A DNA stretch of 64,000 bases from Savitreella phatthalungensis (Eukaryota), in contig AP039690.1 of NCBI GenBank assembly GCA_051599415.1, positions 868,001-932,000 of the forward strand, in the 5' to 3' direction. Shown piece by piece: positions 1 through 10,327 of this stretch. Below the pieces are notes generated by a model. It saw nothing but the letters and a program-made list of their open reading frames with translations, did no database searches and had not been told where the DNA came from. The position numbers were made by a program, and so were the translations under genes. Numbering within the stretch: position 1 is the stretch's first letter; every line of letters starts with the position of its first letter.

Positions 1-530
1 TGTGAATGAACTGTACTGTCCTCTTATGTTGCAGTCCAGGTGTTGTATCTCAAGATGATCCTTTTCCTGTGGATTGTGCCTGTCGCGGTGGCACGAGGGC
101 GAACAAATGAATTTTGATGCTGAGTTGTAAAGCACGTGTTTATTATGCTTGAAATCACGTGAACAGGACGATGACACATAGGTGCACTGCATAGAATGGC
201 AAACCGGGTCAACGCCAAGACTACCAGCAACAGAGCCTACTTACTGTAGCTTCATTGGAAAGTTGTCAAAACGCGTAGGCCGCGATTCTACTCTCTTTCT
301 CTCTTCGACCGAGTTCCTCGTTCATCTGCACTCGATATCATCCACCAAACCATCCATCCCAACTCACCTGTTACAGTCAAAGTATCTATCGAGACAAGCC
401 TTCAATCACTTTGTGACTTTCACACGTGAGGTATCAGACGAGCAGACGAGCTAAGCTTCATTTGTCTGCGAGAACTTCTGATCTCCTAAACCTAGTACCT
501 TTGTGCGTACATCCTGCCATCACACGAGCA

Positions 531-2021
531 ATGGACGGTTGGAACGTCAAGGGTCCATTCGAGACACCTGGAAATCTGACTCCACTGCAAGCTCGTCGTC
601 TCAGACAATTTTGGACAGTCCTTTTGCGACTCTTCCAGGCAGATTCGATCGAATCGGAGTGGAAAGCAATCTTTCCGACATTCCTCGTCGATGAAGATTT
701 CTCAAAAGCCATGGCGGTCTTCACATCCGCGTCTATCTTTAGAGAGGAGTACTACCGCCTCCTAAGACATGACTACGCCGACCTTCTGCCACTCAGATTC
801 CTCAAGGCCAGGCTGTACGACCTTGCCAAGTCGACCAGAATGCTGATCGTCGCACTCGCTTTCAGAAAGGAACAAATCCCTCGAGCCATGCACTCCGAGT
901 CGCGTGCAGCCAATGACAAGGAATTTATCGACGTAATCAAGGCGGCAAAGACTTACGTACCCTGCTACACCGAGGACGGCAGGAGTATCACGTGCATCAA
1001 GATCCGCAATCATTCTCGCGGCGATTGCTCACTCGACGCTTTCGAGAGATTCAACCTATATGCCATGGAGCACGCACACCTGCTTCATCTGCCGTACCAG
1101 GATCGGACTGTTCTGCTTGTCGACATGGCAGGATTCTCCATCACAGCTCTCGATCTGTCCGCTATCAAATTCATCATCAACAACTTCGAGCAGTACTATC
1201 CGGAAGAGCTTTATGAGGGCATCATCCACAATGCCCCATGGCTTTTCAGCTCTGTCTGGTCAATGGTGAAACCTCTGCTACGACAAGCCACTCGCGACAA
1301 GATCACTTTCACATCTTCGGTCGATGAGCTTGCAGCCAAGATAGGAAGACCTCAGGCAGAGCGATGTGTCAACTTCAAGCTCGATTACACAGAGCGAAGT
1401 GATGATGAGGCAGATTTCATCGACTACCGAGTGCCCGGCGAACCAGGACGCCTGGTGGATGGAGCGCCCCAGGCATGCAAGGACGCTTTCGCAAAGTGGG
1501 ACGCCGCCACTAAGAAAGTAGAAGACCTGACTCAGGAGTGGCTCAAGTGCTATGAAGGGGAAGATGGCGTTGATACTGAAGCAGTGGCCGCAGATCAACC
1601 AGAGGAGAATGATGAAGACGCCGATCTTGCCAAAGCGCTGGCAGTATCACGCATTGACACAGACGATGCGCGTGTCACCGCAATGTGGCGGCTGTCAGAA
1701 ACCTATTGGGAAATTGATCCCTGGATTCGCCCGCGATCTTACTTCGACAGACAAGGCCTCTTGCCACCTAGTGCTGATTCCCCACTCAACTTGTCCACTG
1801 CCCTATCGAAGAAGAGCACGCAGCAATCAAATGCGCTAGATGCGACGACATCGACATTGTCAAGTCGTCCATCCACACCACGCACGCCTTCCGGTGTTAC
1901 GACGCCTGTGAACGGAAGCCGACCCGCTGTCAGCAAGGGTCTTTCCGGTCTTCTGGCACGACCAAACCTCAGCAGGCTCAACTCCAATGCATCAGATTCA
2001 TCACGGAAGTCGAAGAAATGA
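531..2021 (+). CDS. CSR1: CRAL-TRIO/Sec14-family phosphatidylinositol transfer protein (Csr1/Sfh2-like)
   Basis: RHDYADLLPLRFLKAR resembles the CRAL_TRIO_N segment; VDMAGFS...FEQYYPEELYEGIIHNAPWLFSSVWSMVKPLL is the CRAL-TRIO core; S/T-rich tail. First ATG is at 531 (the ORF track starts at GTG 426). Confidence 0.85.
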   Translation: MDGWNVKGPFETPGNLTPLQARRLRQFWTVLLRLFQADSIESEWKAIFPTFLVDEDFSKAMAVFTSASIFREEYYRLLRHDYADLLPLRFLKARLYDLAKSTRMLIVALAFRKEQIPRAMHSESRAANDKEFIDVIKAAKTYVPCYTEDGRSITCIKIRNHSRGDCSLDAFERFNLYAMEHAHLLHLPYQDRTVLLVDMAGFSITALDLSAIKFIINNFEQYYPEELYEGIIHNAPWLFSSVWSMVKPLLRQATRDKITFTSSVDELAAKIGRPQAERCVNFKLDYTERSDDEADFIDYRVPGEPGRLVDGAPQACKDAFAKWDAATKKVEDLTQEWLKCYEGEDGVDTEAVAADQPEENDEDADLAKALAVSRIDTDDARVTAMWRLSETYWEIDPWIRPRSYFDRQGLLPPSADSPLNLSTALSKKSTQQSNALDATTSTLSSRPSTPRTPSGVTTPVNGSRPAVSKGLSGLLARPNLSRLNSNASDSSRKSKK

Positions 2022-2302
2022 GATATCTGCGCTGAATCGTCAAAGCCACGACACATCATGTAAAGTAACTCACTATAGCGCGCACCAAATATATCGATCC
2101 TGTACGCATGACCCCGATTTTCTTTGACCGAGAAAACCGTGCATTGATACTGCAAAAAACCGCGTTTCATGCACACGATTAGCTGGTACCACTGGGCATT
2201 CCCGATCGGGAAGTGTCCTCGAAACCATACGTAAAGTGCTGTGGTTGAGGACAGACTCGACTCGCGTACACAAGTGTCATCGACATCGTCAAAAGGGCAA
2301 TT

Positions 2303-2980
2303 ATGAGCTCTCAGGTAGTCGCAGCCGCAAGAGGGCGAGCAAAAGATTTCGTTGACCGGGTATGGGCATCATTTCTTGCGACGAGCGGGATGGAACCTCA
2401 CCTACTTCGGAACATGAAAGTGGTGGCTGCCGAGCCAGGCGTGGTCCGATGCAGGCTCGAGATCGAGCCACATCACTGCAACCGGCTGTCGATCCTCCAT
2501 GGAGGTGTCATCACTTGCCTGACTGACACCACAGGCAGTCTCGCCGTCGCGTCAAGAGGACTTTACTCAACAGGCGTCAGTACTGATCTGCACGTGACTT
2601 TCATTCGCGGCGCTGGCAAGGTGGGCGACAGTGTTGACGTGGTGGCTCGATGCGATCTGCTGGGGAAGACGCTAGCGTACACGCGTTGTGATTTTTTTGC
2701 AACAGCCGGTGCGGCATCAGGTGATGTTGCTGCCTCGCCCGAAGCGGATCAGCGCAATGACGGGATGTCGGCCAATGGCGCGATCGATGATGGACTCGGC
2801 AAGCTCGTCGCCCGCGGCACACATACCAAATACGTTTCTCACGCACGTGCACATCCGGACAACGATCTTGACGGATTAAAGGAAATCGCGCAACTCGAGG
2901 CCGAGGCCGCTGCGTCAACGAGTGGAACCCGGGCCGCAGCGGGAGAGGATGGACGTCGGTCATGGACAACACCGTCATGA
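2303..2980 (+). CDS. PaaI/ACOT13-family hotdog-fold acyl-CoA thioesterase
   Basis: HCNRLSILHGGVITCLTDTTGSLAV, GVSTDLHVTF, LGKTLAYT and ARGTHTKY motifs; one low-complexity insertion. Confidence 0.9.
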   Translation: MSSQVVAAARGRAKDFVDRVWASFLATSGMEPHLLRNMKVVAAEPGVVRCRLEIEPHHCNRLSILHGGVITCLTDTTGSLAVASRGLYSTGVSTDLHVTFIRGAGKVGDSVDVVARCDLLGKTLAYTRCDFFATAGAASGDVAASPEADQRNDGMSANGAIDDGLGKLVARGTHTKYVSHARAHPDNDLDGLKEIAQLEAEAAASTSGTRAAAGEDGRRSWTTPS

Positions 2981-3025
2981 TCAATGTGGTCGCGTTGATC
3001 TATTCTTTTCATCGTTCGCAGATGA

Positions 3026-4483
3026 TCAATATAGTGTTGTCGTGGAAAGCTTTGCCAAGACGTCAGCTGTAAGCCTGATGCACTTCGTGCTGTTTGCGCC
3101 GATCTGAGATTGCAGATCTAACGGATCATCAGGGTATGGAGGTAAAGCAGGTGCACTGCCGTCTCCGACGTTTGGTAGGTGAGGTGGATGAATCAGTGGA
3201 CTAGGATCGAGCACCAGACCGAAATTCTTGCAGGCATCCATAGCTGCACGATGCTCTGCTTCTTTCTTGTTTGGCCCCCAGCCGCGTCCGAGTTCGACGG
3301 GACCACGAGTCAGTGGCTCAACATTTGTCTCTGCGAGCCCCTCTGCCGTCGTGCCCGTTACTGGTACGTGATGATCGTCAACTACGCTGATCTGACAAGC
3401 GACCACAAATCCACCCTGATTGCCACCCGCACCGTCCACCCAATCGTATGTGAGAGACAGAAGTGGCAATCGCTGACGAGTATATCGTGGATCGGTCTTG
3501 TTTGATGGGAAATGCCGTCCAAAGTGGTTGAAAATACGTTGTTTAGCAGACGGGTCAACTTCGCCAACTTCTGCAGAGCCGATATGAGCCTGGATTTTTG
3601 GCCGCATCAACCGTGCAAGCCAGTGGAGGCACCGCCTTGGACCGTCATGACCATCAAGCAAGAGAGCTCCGAGATAAGCTTCAAATGTATCAGCGATGAC
3701 CTTCGGGTTTGCGCGGACGTTCTGCTCATTCTGTGCAGCGTCTGAGAGTAGCAAACGGTCTTGCAGCGCATACTCCAGACCAAACTCCTGCCCGGTGTGA
3801 TTACCAATCAGCTCCGCGCGCAGTATAGAAAGCTCGCCTTCACGTGCATCCGGGAACTTGACATACAGAAGTTTCGTCGTGACGTAGTACAGCACCGCAT
3901 CGCCAAGGAACTCAAGTCGCTCGTTGTGTTGTCTAACAACGTCCGCCCTCGTGGTACCGTGCGGCGCATGCTCAAACGCATAAGAGCGATGCGTGAATGC
4001 CTGTCTGCGCAGCTCAGCGTCTCGGATCTCAGGTAGAGTAGGAGGCCAGAGAGTTTCGTTTTCGGATTCCTCGAGCACCTTCGCAGTCTCCTGTAGCGTG
4101 GCCAGCGCTTCAAGCTGGTCCATCGCTGAGGTGAGAGACGTTGTTGGACACTTCGGTGAAGTCAGCTTGCTTGATTCAGCAGTCTGCTCGCCAGAGCGAG
4201 TATAGCCGTCTATCCAGGTCAATTGACCTTTGTCACGCATTTTTCGCAGCACACGAGCAATGACAATCTTGTCATCGGTGGCACCCTCGCCCTCGCCGCC
4301 ATCTGATGATCCACGAACACTGAAACTTTCCGCAGGAGTGACGTCGAGTAAATTGTGAAGGGCATTGACGAATTCGTCCAAGCGCTTCACCACGATCGCT
4401 TTACTGTGCCCAAAGTCCTTGTCAACAGCATCCTGACTCGTGGACATTCCCGGGTGACCTTCTTCTCGTTTCCGCTTGCCCAT
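3026..4483 (-). CDS. pac1: Ribonuclease III (Pac1/Rnt1 class: one RNase III domain plus C-terminal dsRBD)
   Basis: AFTHRS, the signature HNERLEFLGDAVL, ADTFEAYLGA, and a dsRBD end GRGWGPNKKEAEHRAA. Confidence 0.9.
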   Translation of the reverse strand: MGKRKREEGHPGMSTSQDAVDKDFGHSKAIVVKRLDEFVNALHNLLDVTPAESFSVRGSSDGGEGEGATDDKIVIARVLRKMRDKGQLTWIDGYTRSGEQTAESSKLTSPKCPTTSLTSAMDQLEALATLQETAKVLEESENETLWPPTLPEIRDAELRRQAFTHRSYAFEHAPHGTTRADVVRQHNERLEFLGDAVLYYVTTKLLYVKFPDAREGELSILRAELIGNHTGQEFGLEYALQDRLLLSDAAQNEQNVRANPKVIADTFEAYLGALLLDGHDGPRRCLHWLARLMRPKIQAHIGSAEVGEVDPSAKQRIFNHFGRHFPSNKTDPRYTRQRLPLLSLTYDWVDGAGGNQGGFVVACQISVVDDHHVPVTGTTAEGLAETNVEPLTRGPVELGRGWGPNKKEAEHRAAMDACKNFGLVLDPSPLIHPPHLPNVGDGSAPALPPYPDDPLDLQSQIGANSTKCIRLTADVLAKLSTTTLY

Positions 4484-4958
4484 GTATAGATGACGAGCCT
4501 GAAGCTCTTCAGTCAGGCAGATAGCTCACTGCTTACAGTCGAAAGGCTCTGTTGATGACTGTGAGTAGAACACGAGTTGCTCGTCTGCTTGATCAGGGCA
4601 TACTGCATTTGGTGGGTCCCGAATATGATCTAAAAGATCTTGGTCCCTGTTTTGCCTCTGGGGGCGACCTGGATATCTGGATACGTGCATTCGGAAATCA
4701 ACGTCTCCACCATGCAACCCAGCGCATGCATGCATCCGAGCTTGAGTTTCCAGTCGAGCACATGTTCGATCAATTGTTTGAATCGGCGAAGATCATCTTG
4801 CAAAAGAGATTCGGAGAGTGGATCATGATTGGCCGATCCTTTGTGATCACCTTTTTCGAAACTGTTGGCGGGGACTGAGTGCGCAACGTCATTTCATTTA
4901 TACAATATTGCTTTCATTTTGATGTCCAGCTACAGAAGACAATTGAATTAGTCACTCG

Positions 4959-5552
4959 ATGGGTCCTGAAGCACGCTCATGGCTTAGCTGGCATACAGTC
5001 GACAATGTCGCAAAAGTGCCTGAGGTAGGCTCAGCTGCGCCTAACACAGCTGGACTGGATTTGCGGCCAGGACGACCGGCGATAATTACCTTTTTGCGAC
5101 ACTGTGGCTGTCCATTTGCAGAACAGACATTAATCCGTGCGCGAGACGCTGCGCTGAGTCACCAGGACATTGACTTTATCGCGATATCTCATAGCGATGC
5201 TGCCTCAACAGAGCGCTGGCAGCGCGCTGTCCTTGGCGAAAAGCAGACAGGAGACAATCTACCTGACAACCTTCGGATCAGCGTGGACGACGAGCTGAAG
5301 CTGTTCGCTGCTTGGGGGATTGGCGCATCGAGTTATTGGCACGTGCTTGACCCACGTTCGATGATGAGTGTACTGAGGCTACAAAGGGATCACAACATCA
5401 GCGTACGCCCGACCGAGTCTGGCAGCCGTTGGCAGAAATCTGGATCATTTGCGATCGATCACAACAGAATCGTACGCTGGAGCCGACCAGCCACTCGAGC
5501 GGACGATGTGCCCAGCTTTGAAGAGGCCATCGCTTGCATCGAGTCAAAGTGA
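4959..5552 (+). CDS. AhpC/TSA-like (peroxiredoxin-like 2) thioredoxin-fold protein
   Basis: ITFLRHCGCPFAE (CxxC-type region) and WQKSGSFAID...VRW C-terminal motif. Confidence 0.85.
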   Translation: MGPEARSWLSWHTVDNVAKVPEVGSAAPNTAGLDLRPGRPAIITFLRHCGCPFAEQTLIRARDAALSHQDIDFIAISHSDAASTERWQRAVLGEKQTGDNLPDNLRISVDDELKLFAAWGIGASSYWHVLDPRSMMSVLRLQRDHNISVRPTESGSRWQKSGSFAIDHNRIVRWSRPATRADDVPSFEEAIACIESK

Positions 5553-5739
5553 GACTTCGTTCTGTTCATCACGTGCTCGATGGTGCATGCGTCAAGGGGC
5601 CTCTGCGTCAGTAGACATCACATGGGAGGTCGATACATCGGTACATTGGAGTCATCTGGTCATTGAGATTGCACCGGGATACATGTATAGACCCAACGTC
5701 ATTGCCGCTGTGCCGTGAGATATCGGTTCATAGCACTAA

Positions 5740-7120
5740 GCAGCGGATAGTGTGCTTTCCTTCTTAGTAAACAATTCACTTACATTGAATTCGAGACGCG
5801 AGTGATGGCACGCGAGAGGTAGCTAACGACGCCGTGGACGTAAACCCTGTCAATTCCAAGGATTGCAACTTCCAACAGACCTGCACCTGCATTCCACCTA
5901 TCGTAGCTTGGAACCCTTTACGTCAGTAACAAGCATGATGATATCCAAATGATCGTGCCGTGCTTTTTGTTTTCCTTACGGATCGTCCTTACTTCACAGA
6001 TAGGAGTATTGTACAGTATGGTGGGCGAGGGTTTTGTTGATTCTAGTGTGGTGGATCAAGAAGTATAGAAAAGGGTTTTCTTGTCTTGACAGTGATTTGG
6101 TTGATATCCATTGAGAAAACACAGATCTGGCTCGACGAAAATTCGGCAGAATCTATCTGACTACCGTTGTCCAATTCAAGTGGAAATACTGATTGAGATG
6201 TAGTATCTGCTCCCCTTTGAACACAAGTTTCAGTAGATGCCAATCGAACTTGATGAAACCCAGCGCGCTTAGCTATAAACCTTAGTATTTACATGTCACT
6301 CGCGGGATCCCCAGCCTTGCATAGTTTATCAGAGGCTGAATTATTGTGGACATATTTTGACAATCTGAGGCTTAAACGCCGGCGAAGGATCGGGATAGAT
6401 GAGCAGAGCATCACATCCAACATAGATTATCTATACACAACCCCCAGGTATATACAAACCCATCTACCGCACGTCTACTGTAGACCCATTCTGTGGGTGA
6501 TACATCAGCCCCGAAAATACAAGCCAAAGCAGGTCAAGAATTTGATCCATCTCGGATTTACCTCATCGGACCTTGACAAAATGTCCATCTAAAGAAGAAT
6601 AGGGTGAATCACGTAGTTCATCAAACTTTTTTTGAGATCAGTAACTGAGCAAGGTGAGTGAGCTGAAGAAGCCGAAGAACATGAGCCAGAACAATGCAGA
6701 ATCAAGGACGGTCAATTCTATGGAACTCGGGCGTCAACAGCCGACCTGAACAAGTACAACTGAAGGGTTTTCAGACTGTATACATTCACAGTCAACGCAC
6801 GTAGTCAGATCATACAGGCTACACTTCACTCAGCTCCAAGCTTTTGCTTTCTTACCGCTTTCTCAGTTCTAAAACCTGTTACAGGCAGGCGGGGGGTCAC
6901 AACTTCCAGTTTGCTCTTGCGTTCATTACCTTCAAGTCTTGTCATTTGAAAGGGTTGTATCGAGCTTGTCAGAGAAGAGACAACGCAAGAGCTCGACAGA
7001 AGGCGTAGCGCTTTGTTGTCTGTTCCTTGACGTCTTGCACTCAGACGACCATCGACCACCGACCACATCAAGTTCACAGGGCGTGAATAGACCTGAAGTC
7101 CTCATATAAGCACCGCTCTG
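5740..7120 (+). ncRNA. Candidate long structured non-coding RNA of unassigned family (telomerase RNA is one hypothesis)
   Basis: No credible ORF. Many nested inverted repeats and 5'/3' end pairing; G-U pairs favour the + strand. Details under findings. Confidence 0.45.
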
Positions 7121-7379
7121 GGTGATTGACACCTTCGACCTCGCTCTGTCCTCGAGGACAGCGTTACACTACGACGTGAGCCGATAGAAATCAGCTCCGT
7201 GGAGAAACGCACAAATACTGCCGCGGCTCCGTCATCAGTCATCACGGTCATCGGAAGCAGCTCTGGTAGCTCTTCGCGGCAGGTCAAAGATCCCTCGGTA
7301 TTCTTCTCAAACCAATTCCATTCCAGGCGATCCAACACCCATACAAACGCACGCGTAAATATAAAGAGGTACGTCTCTC

Positions 7380-10208
7380 ATGAGCCTGGTCGAGACGCGT
7401 CGAGCGACCAGGTCGTTGCGACCTTCTGGTGCAAGCATCCATGACGGCGTCAATACTGCCAAGTCTCGCGATAGTTCGACCACACCATCACGAGTTGTCC
7501 GGTCATCACGCAATGCTCAAAGCCTCAGAGACACGCGATCCAAGTCGCCAGCAAGCACGATAGGCGATGATGACTTCACCGCCCACACCCCGTCGGGCCG
7601 CACTTCCAAAAAAATGCGGGGGGATTCCCCTTCCAGCATTAGGTCCACATCACCATTATCGTTGAAGCGCAAGCGTGCTACTCAAACATCTCGTGGGGCT
7701 GATACTGAGTCTGTGACTTCGAGCATCAGTGCATCTCACGGCAAGCGGTCCTCACCTACCATGCTACGAATGGTGGAGCTCGGGGAGCGCTACCGTAAAG
7801 TCGCGTCAGCCTTGGTCGAATGCGAAATCGCACATATCGATCGGACCCTCGGTCAGATACGCAAGTCGCAATGTGAGCCTCTCAATGCAGTCTTTGCTCG
7901 TTTCGATGAGACCCGTCAGGCAACCATCCGGCGGGCTGAACTTCGCCTGAGCTTGAGAGAGACTCAGATCGATGAAGAATGGCGAGCTGCCAAGCTATCT
8001 GCCCACTCTCAGTTCGTCAAAGACCGTGGAGAGCTCAAAGCTCAGATGCGCCAGGAAATATCTGATCGTATCTTCACCACAAGCCGTGAGCATCGAGACA
8101 TGGCGTTTGAAGAAATGGGTGTTGCATCATACGTGCCGCAATTCAAGATTTCTCGGGCGCCTCTTGCCCTTGCTGGCTGTACAGCCGAAGAGCGAACGGA
8201 GGACCTGGTCCGCATGGGCGTTGTCCAACCTTCTCAAGTCTCATTGCCTCAACAATCAACAACGCAAAGGATTCACGATAGACCTGTGGCTACACCACCA
8301 GCATCGAATCTTTCCGCACTCGCAGATGCCTCTGCAGATCGGCCGAAGGCAGCTCCGACGCCCAAAAAACGTAAGCGCAAATCCAAGGCAACGTCAAATG
8401 CGGCGACTGCATCGGACTCTGTCGAGCTGGATCCTGCCAAACAGGTCGAGCTCGCAAAAAGCGCGACATACGCTCAGCTGTCAAGCACACCGGCCAAAGC
8501 TCATCTGCCAGGACAGTCGTCATTCGAACAAACTCCCCAATCGATGCCGGTTCAGCCGGCGCACGCAGCACAGCCAGGTGCACAGTATGACCAATCGTGG
8601 CCAAGATACAATGCGAACATGCCTCCACCGTCGGGACAGTTTGGCACACAAGTGGGAGGTCCGCTCCTACCGCCCCTCGGTCCACCGCGCTATGGCACCA
8701 CCTTTGGTCATTATCCTGCGCACGCTGCCGGCTCGCAGCCTATTGCCGCCAAACACGATGCTCCTCCTCAGCTACAACAATCACATCCCGCACATTCGTA
8801 TGCACATCAGCAGCACTACCAGCAGCACAATCAATTTCTCCATGGCGGACACCAACCGCCACCGGGCGCATACAGTCAACCTCCGAACGCTCCAGGTTAT
8901 GCTGCCCCCGGACCTCAATACGGCACACCTGTCTGGTCAGGTCAACCGTATAGCCAAACGCCAAGCTCCAGCGTATATGGTGGTCCGATGGCGCCAGCAC
9001 CGACGAGAGAGTTCCAAGGCCATGAGCACGCTCAGCCGCCCGTCGGTCCACCCGGATCAGGAGCTCAAGGGCCGCATTCGAACTCAACAACAGGCAAAAC
9101 TACACCAGCTTCGGATACATCCGCTTCTGCGCGCCGTCGATCAACCTCAAAGAAAGATGACGCAGATGAGCGGAAAACAAAAGCAGCCAGTCTCCTGCAG
9201 CCCTTCAAAGGCAGTGCGCCCACGGGTGGGTCAGCGAGCAAGGGCCACAAACGAGACAACAGCAACCACAGTACGAAGCATGAACATGCTATCGATCGCT
9301 TGCCTGGAGAGCGTCGTGCACAAACCTCTGCAGAATGCAGCAGAACGACGCCTCCAGCTCCCGCGCTTGGTGCCGCAAAGCGTTCATCTCAACAACCGCC
9401 GTCGCCAATTGTGCCACCGCCGCCGCAATACGGCGTGTTTGGAGTGCCAAATGGTCCACCAACTGGCATTTTCGATGCTCCCGCCGGTCAAGCCTTTCAG
9501 CGACCGCCTCCCGGGCAGTATCCGACTGGTAGCACTGCGTATCCGCCTTACAATCAAGCGCCTGGACCTCCTCCGACGTCCGACTCTGCGATGCACAATC
9601 ACACCAATTACGCCGCCCCAGAGAGCAATCATCAGCCGCAGCCGTCTCAGCAGCAGCAGCAGCCTGGAGCGTCAGATGGCTACCGGCCGACGATGTACGG
9701 CAATGCTCCGCCTTATGGCTACAATGTGATGCATCAGCATCCACAGCACCAGCAGCAGCAACCAGCCCCGCCACAAGCTCATGCTTATAACGGACCAAAT
9801 CCGTCATCTGGTCATTATGGACAATACGGTCCTCCTCCGCCGAACAGCCAAATGAACGTGTTTCCAGGCTATGCTCCACGACCACCTCCGCCTCCGCCGG
9901 CTTTTCAGCAGCCGCCACCGCAGAACAGCCATGAGGGGCCACCGCCGTTGCACTCACAGCAAGGGCAAAGCTTGAGATACCCGCCCAATCCATATAATAA
10001 TCACGCTATGCCGCCACTTCAGCCGCATCCCTCGACCGACAAGTCTCAGCTTGACGACTCAACTGAGCATAGTTCTCGAAAGTGGTCCGCCACACTGCCT
10101 GCGATGCTGCCTGCGCCCTCTGCACCGAGCGCATCCGAAACCAAGAGGAATAGCAGAAAGAAATCGGCATCGCCCGCCACCAGTGGCCCGATCAGAGCGA
10201 AGCATTAG
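7380..10208 (+). CDS. Sds3/Dep1-like coiled-coil protein (putative Sin3-Rpd3L subunit) with a long Q/P/Y-rich low-complexity C-terminus
   Basis: 942-aa ORF. Residues ~130-240 (ELGERYRKVASALVECEIAHIDRTLGQI...AHSQFVKDRGELKAQM) resemble the Sds3-like domain; NLS-like PKKRKRK. Confidence 0.65.
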   Translation: MSLVETRRATRSLRPSGASIHDGVNTAKSRDSSTTPSRVVRSSRNAQSLRDTRSKSPASTIGDDDFTAHTPSGRTSKKMRGDSPSSIRSTSPLSLKRKRATQTSRGADTESVTSSISASHGKRSSPTMLRMVELGERYRKVASALVECEIAHIDRTLGQIRKSQCEPLNAVFARFDETRQATIRRAELRLSLRETQIDEEWRAAKLSAHSQFVKDRGELKAQMRQEISDRIFTTSREHRDMAFEEMGVASYVPQFKISRAPLALAGCTAEERTEDLVRMGVVQPSQVSLPQQSTTQRIHDRPVATPPASNLSALADASADRPKAAPTPKKRKRKSKATSNAATASDSVELDPAKQVELAKSATYAQLSSTPAKAHLPGQSSFEQTPQSMPVQPAHAAQPGAQYDQSWPRYNANMPPPSGQFGTQVGGPLLPPLGPPRYGTTFGHYPAHAAGSQPIAAKHDAPPQLQQSHPAHSYAHQQHYQQHNQFLHGGHQPPPGAYSQPPNAPGYAAPGPQYGTPVWSGQPYSQTPSSSVYGGPMAPAPTREFQGHEHAQPPVGPPGSGAQGPHSNSTTGKTTPASDTSASARRRSTSKKDDADERKTKAASLLQPFKGSAPTGGSASKGHKRDNSNHSTKHEHAIDRLPGERRAQTSAECSRTTPPAPALGAAKRSSQQPPSPIVPPPPQYGVFGVPNGPPTGIFDAPAGQAFQRPPPGQYPTGSTAYPPYNQAPGPPPTSDSAMHNHTNYAAPESNHQPQPSQQQQQPGASDGYRPTMYGNAPPYGYNVMHQHPQHQQQQPAPPQAHAYNGPNPSSGHYGQYGPPPPNSQMNVFPGYAPRPPPPPPAFQQPPPQNSHEGPPPLHSQQGQSLRYPPNPYNNHAMPPLQPHPSTDKSQLDDSTEHSSRKWSATLPAMLPAPSAPSASETKRNSRKKSASPATSGPIRAKH

Positions 10209-10327
10209 CCGTCCACCTCGACATCTCTCATTCGTTCATGACATTGGCATTGAGTGCATCAGTCGGCACTAATGATGATCAGGACTAATAGTGCACATAG
10301 TCAGTTCTGTCATACTTTACATATATG

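Noticed and set aside
4552..4878. 108-aa ORF between RNase III and the AhpC-like gene
   Set aside because: TTG start, no motifs, and it lies in a divergent promoter.
6199..6212. TGTAGTATCTG resembling the U2 snRNA branch-pairing region
   Set aside because: The flanking U2 sequence (GGCCTTTTGGCTAAGATCAAG and downstream stems) is absent.
6877..7168. Possible solo LTR (TGTTAC...GTTACA termini)
   Set aside because: The flanks AAACC and CTACG give no target-site duplication, there is no second copy or retroelement ORF, and the segment fits the larger folded region better.
7972..9729. 585-aa ORF in the +1 frame inside the Sds3-like gene
   Set aside because: Stops in the +1 frame need NTA/NTG (Leu/Val/Ile/Met) codons, which are scarce in this Q/P-rich region; the product has no recognisable motif.
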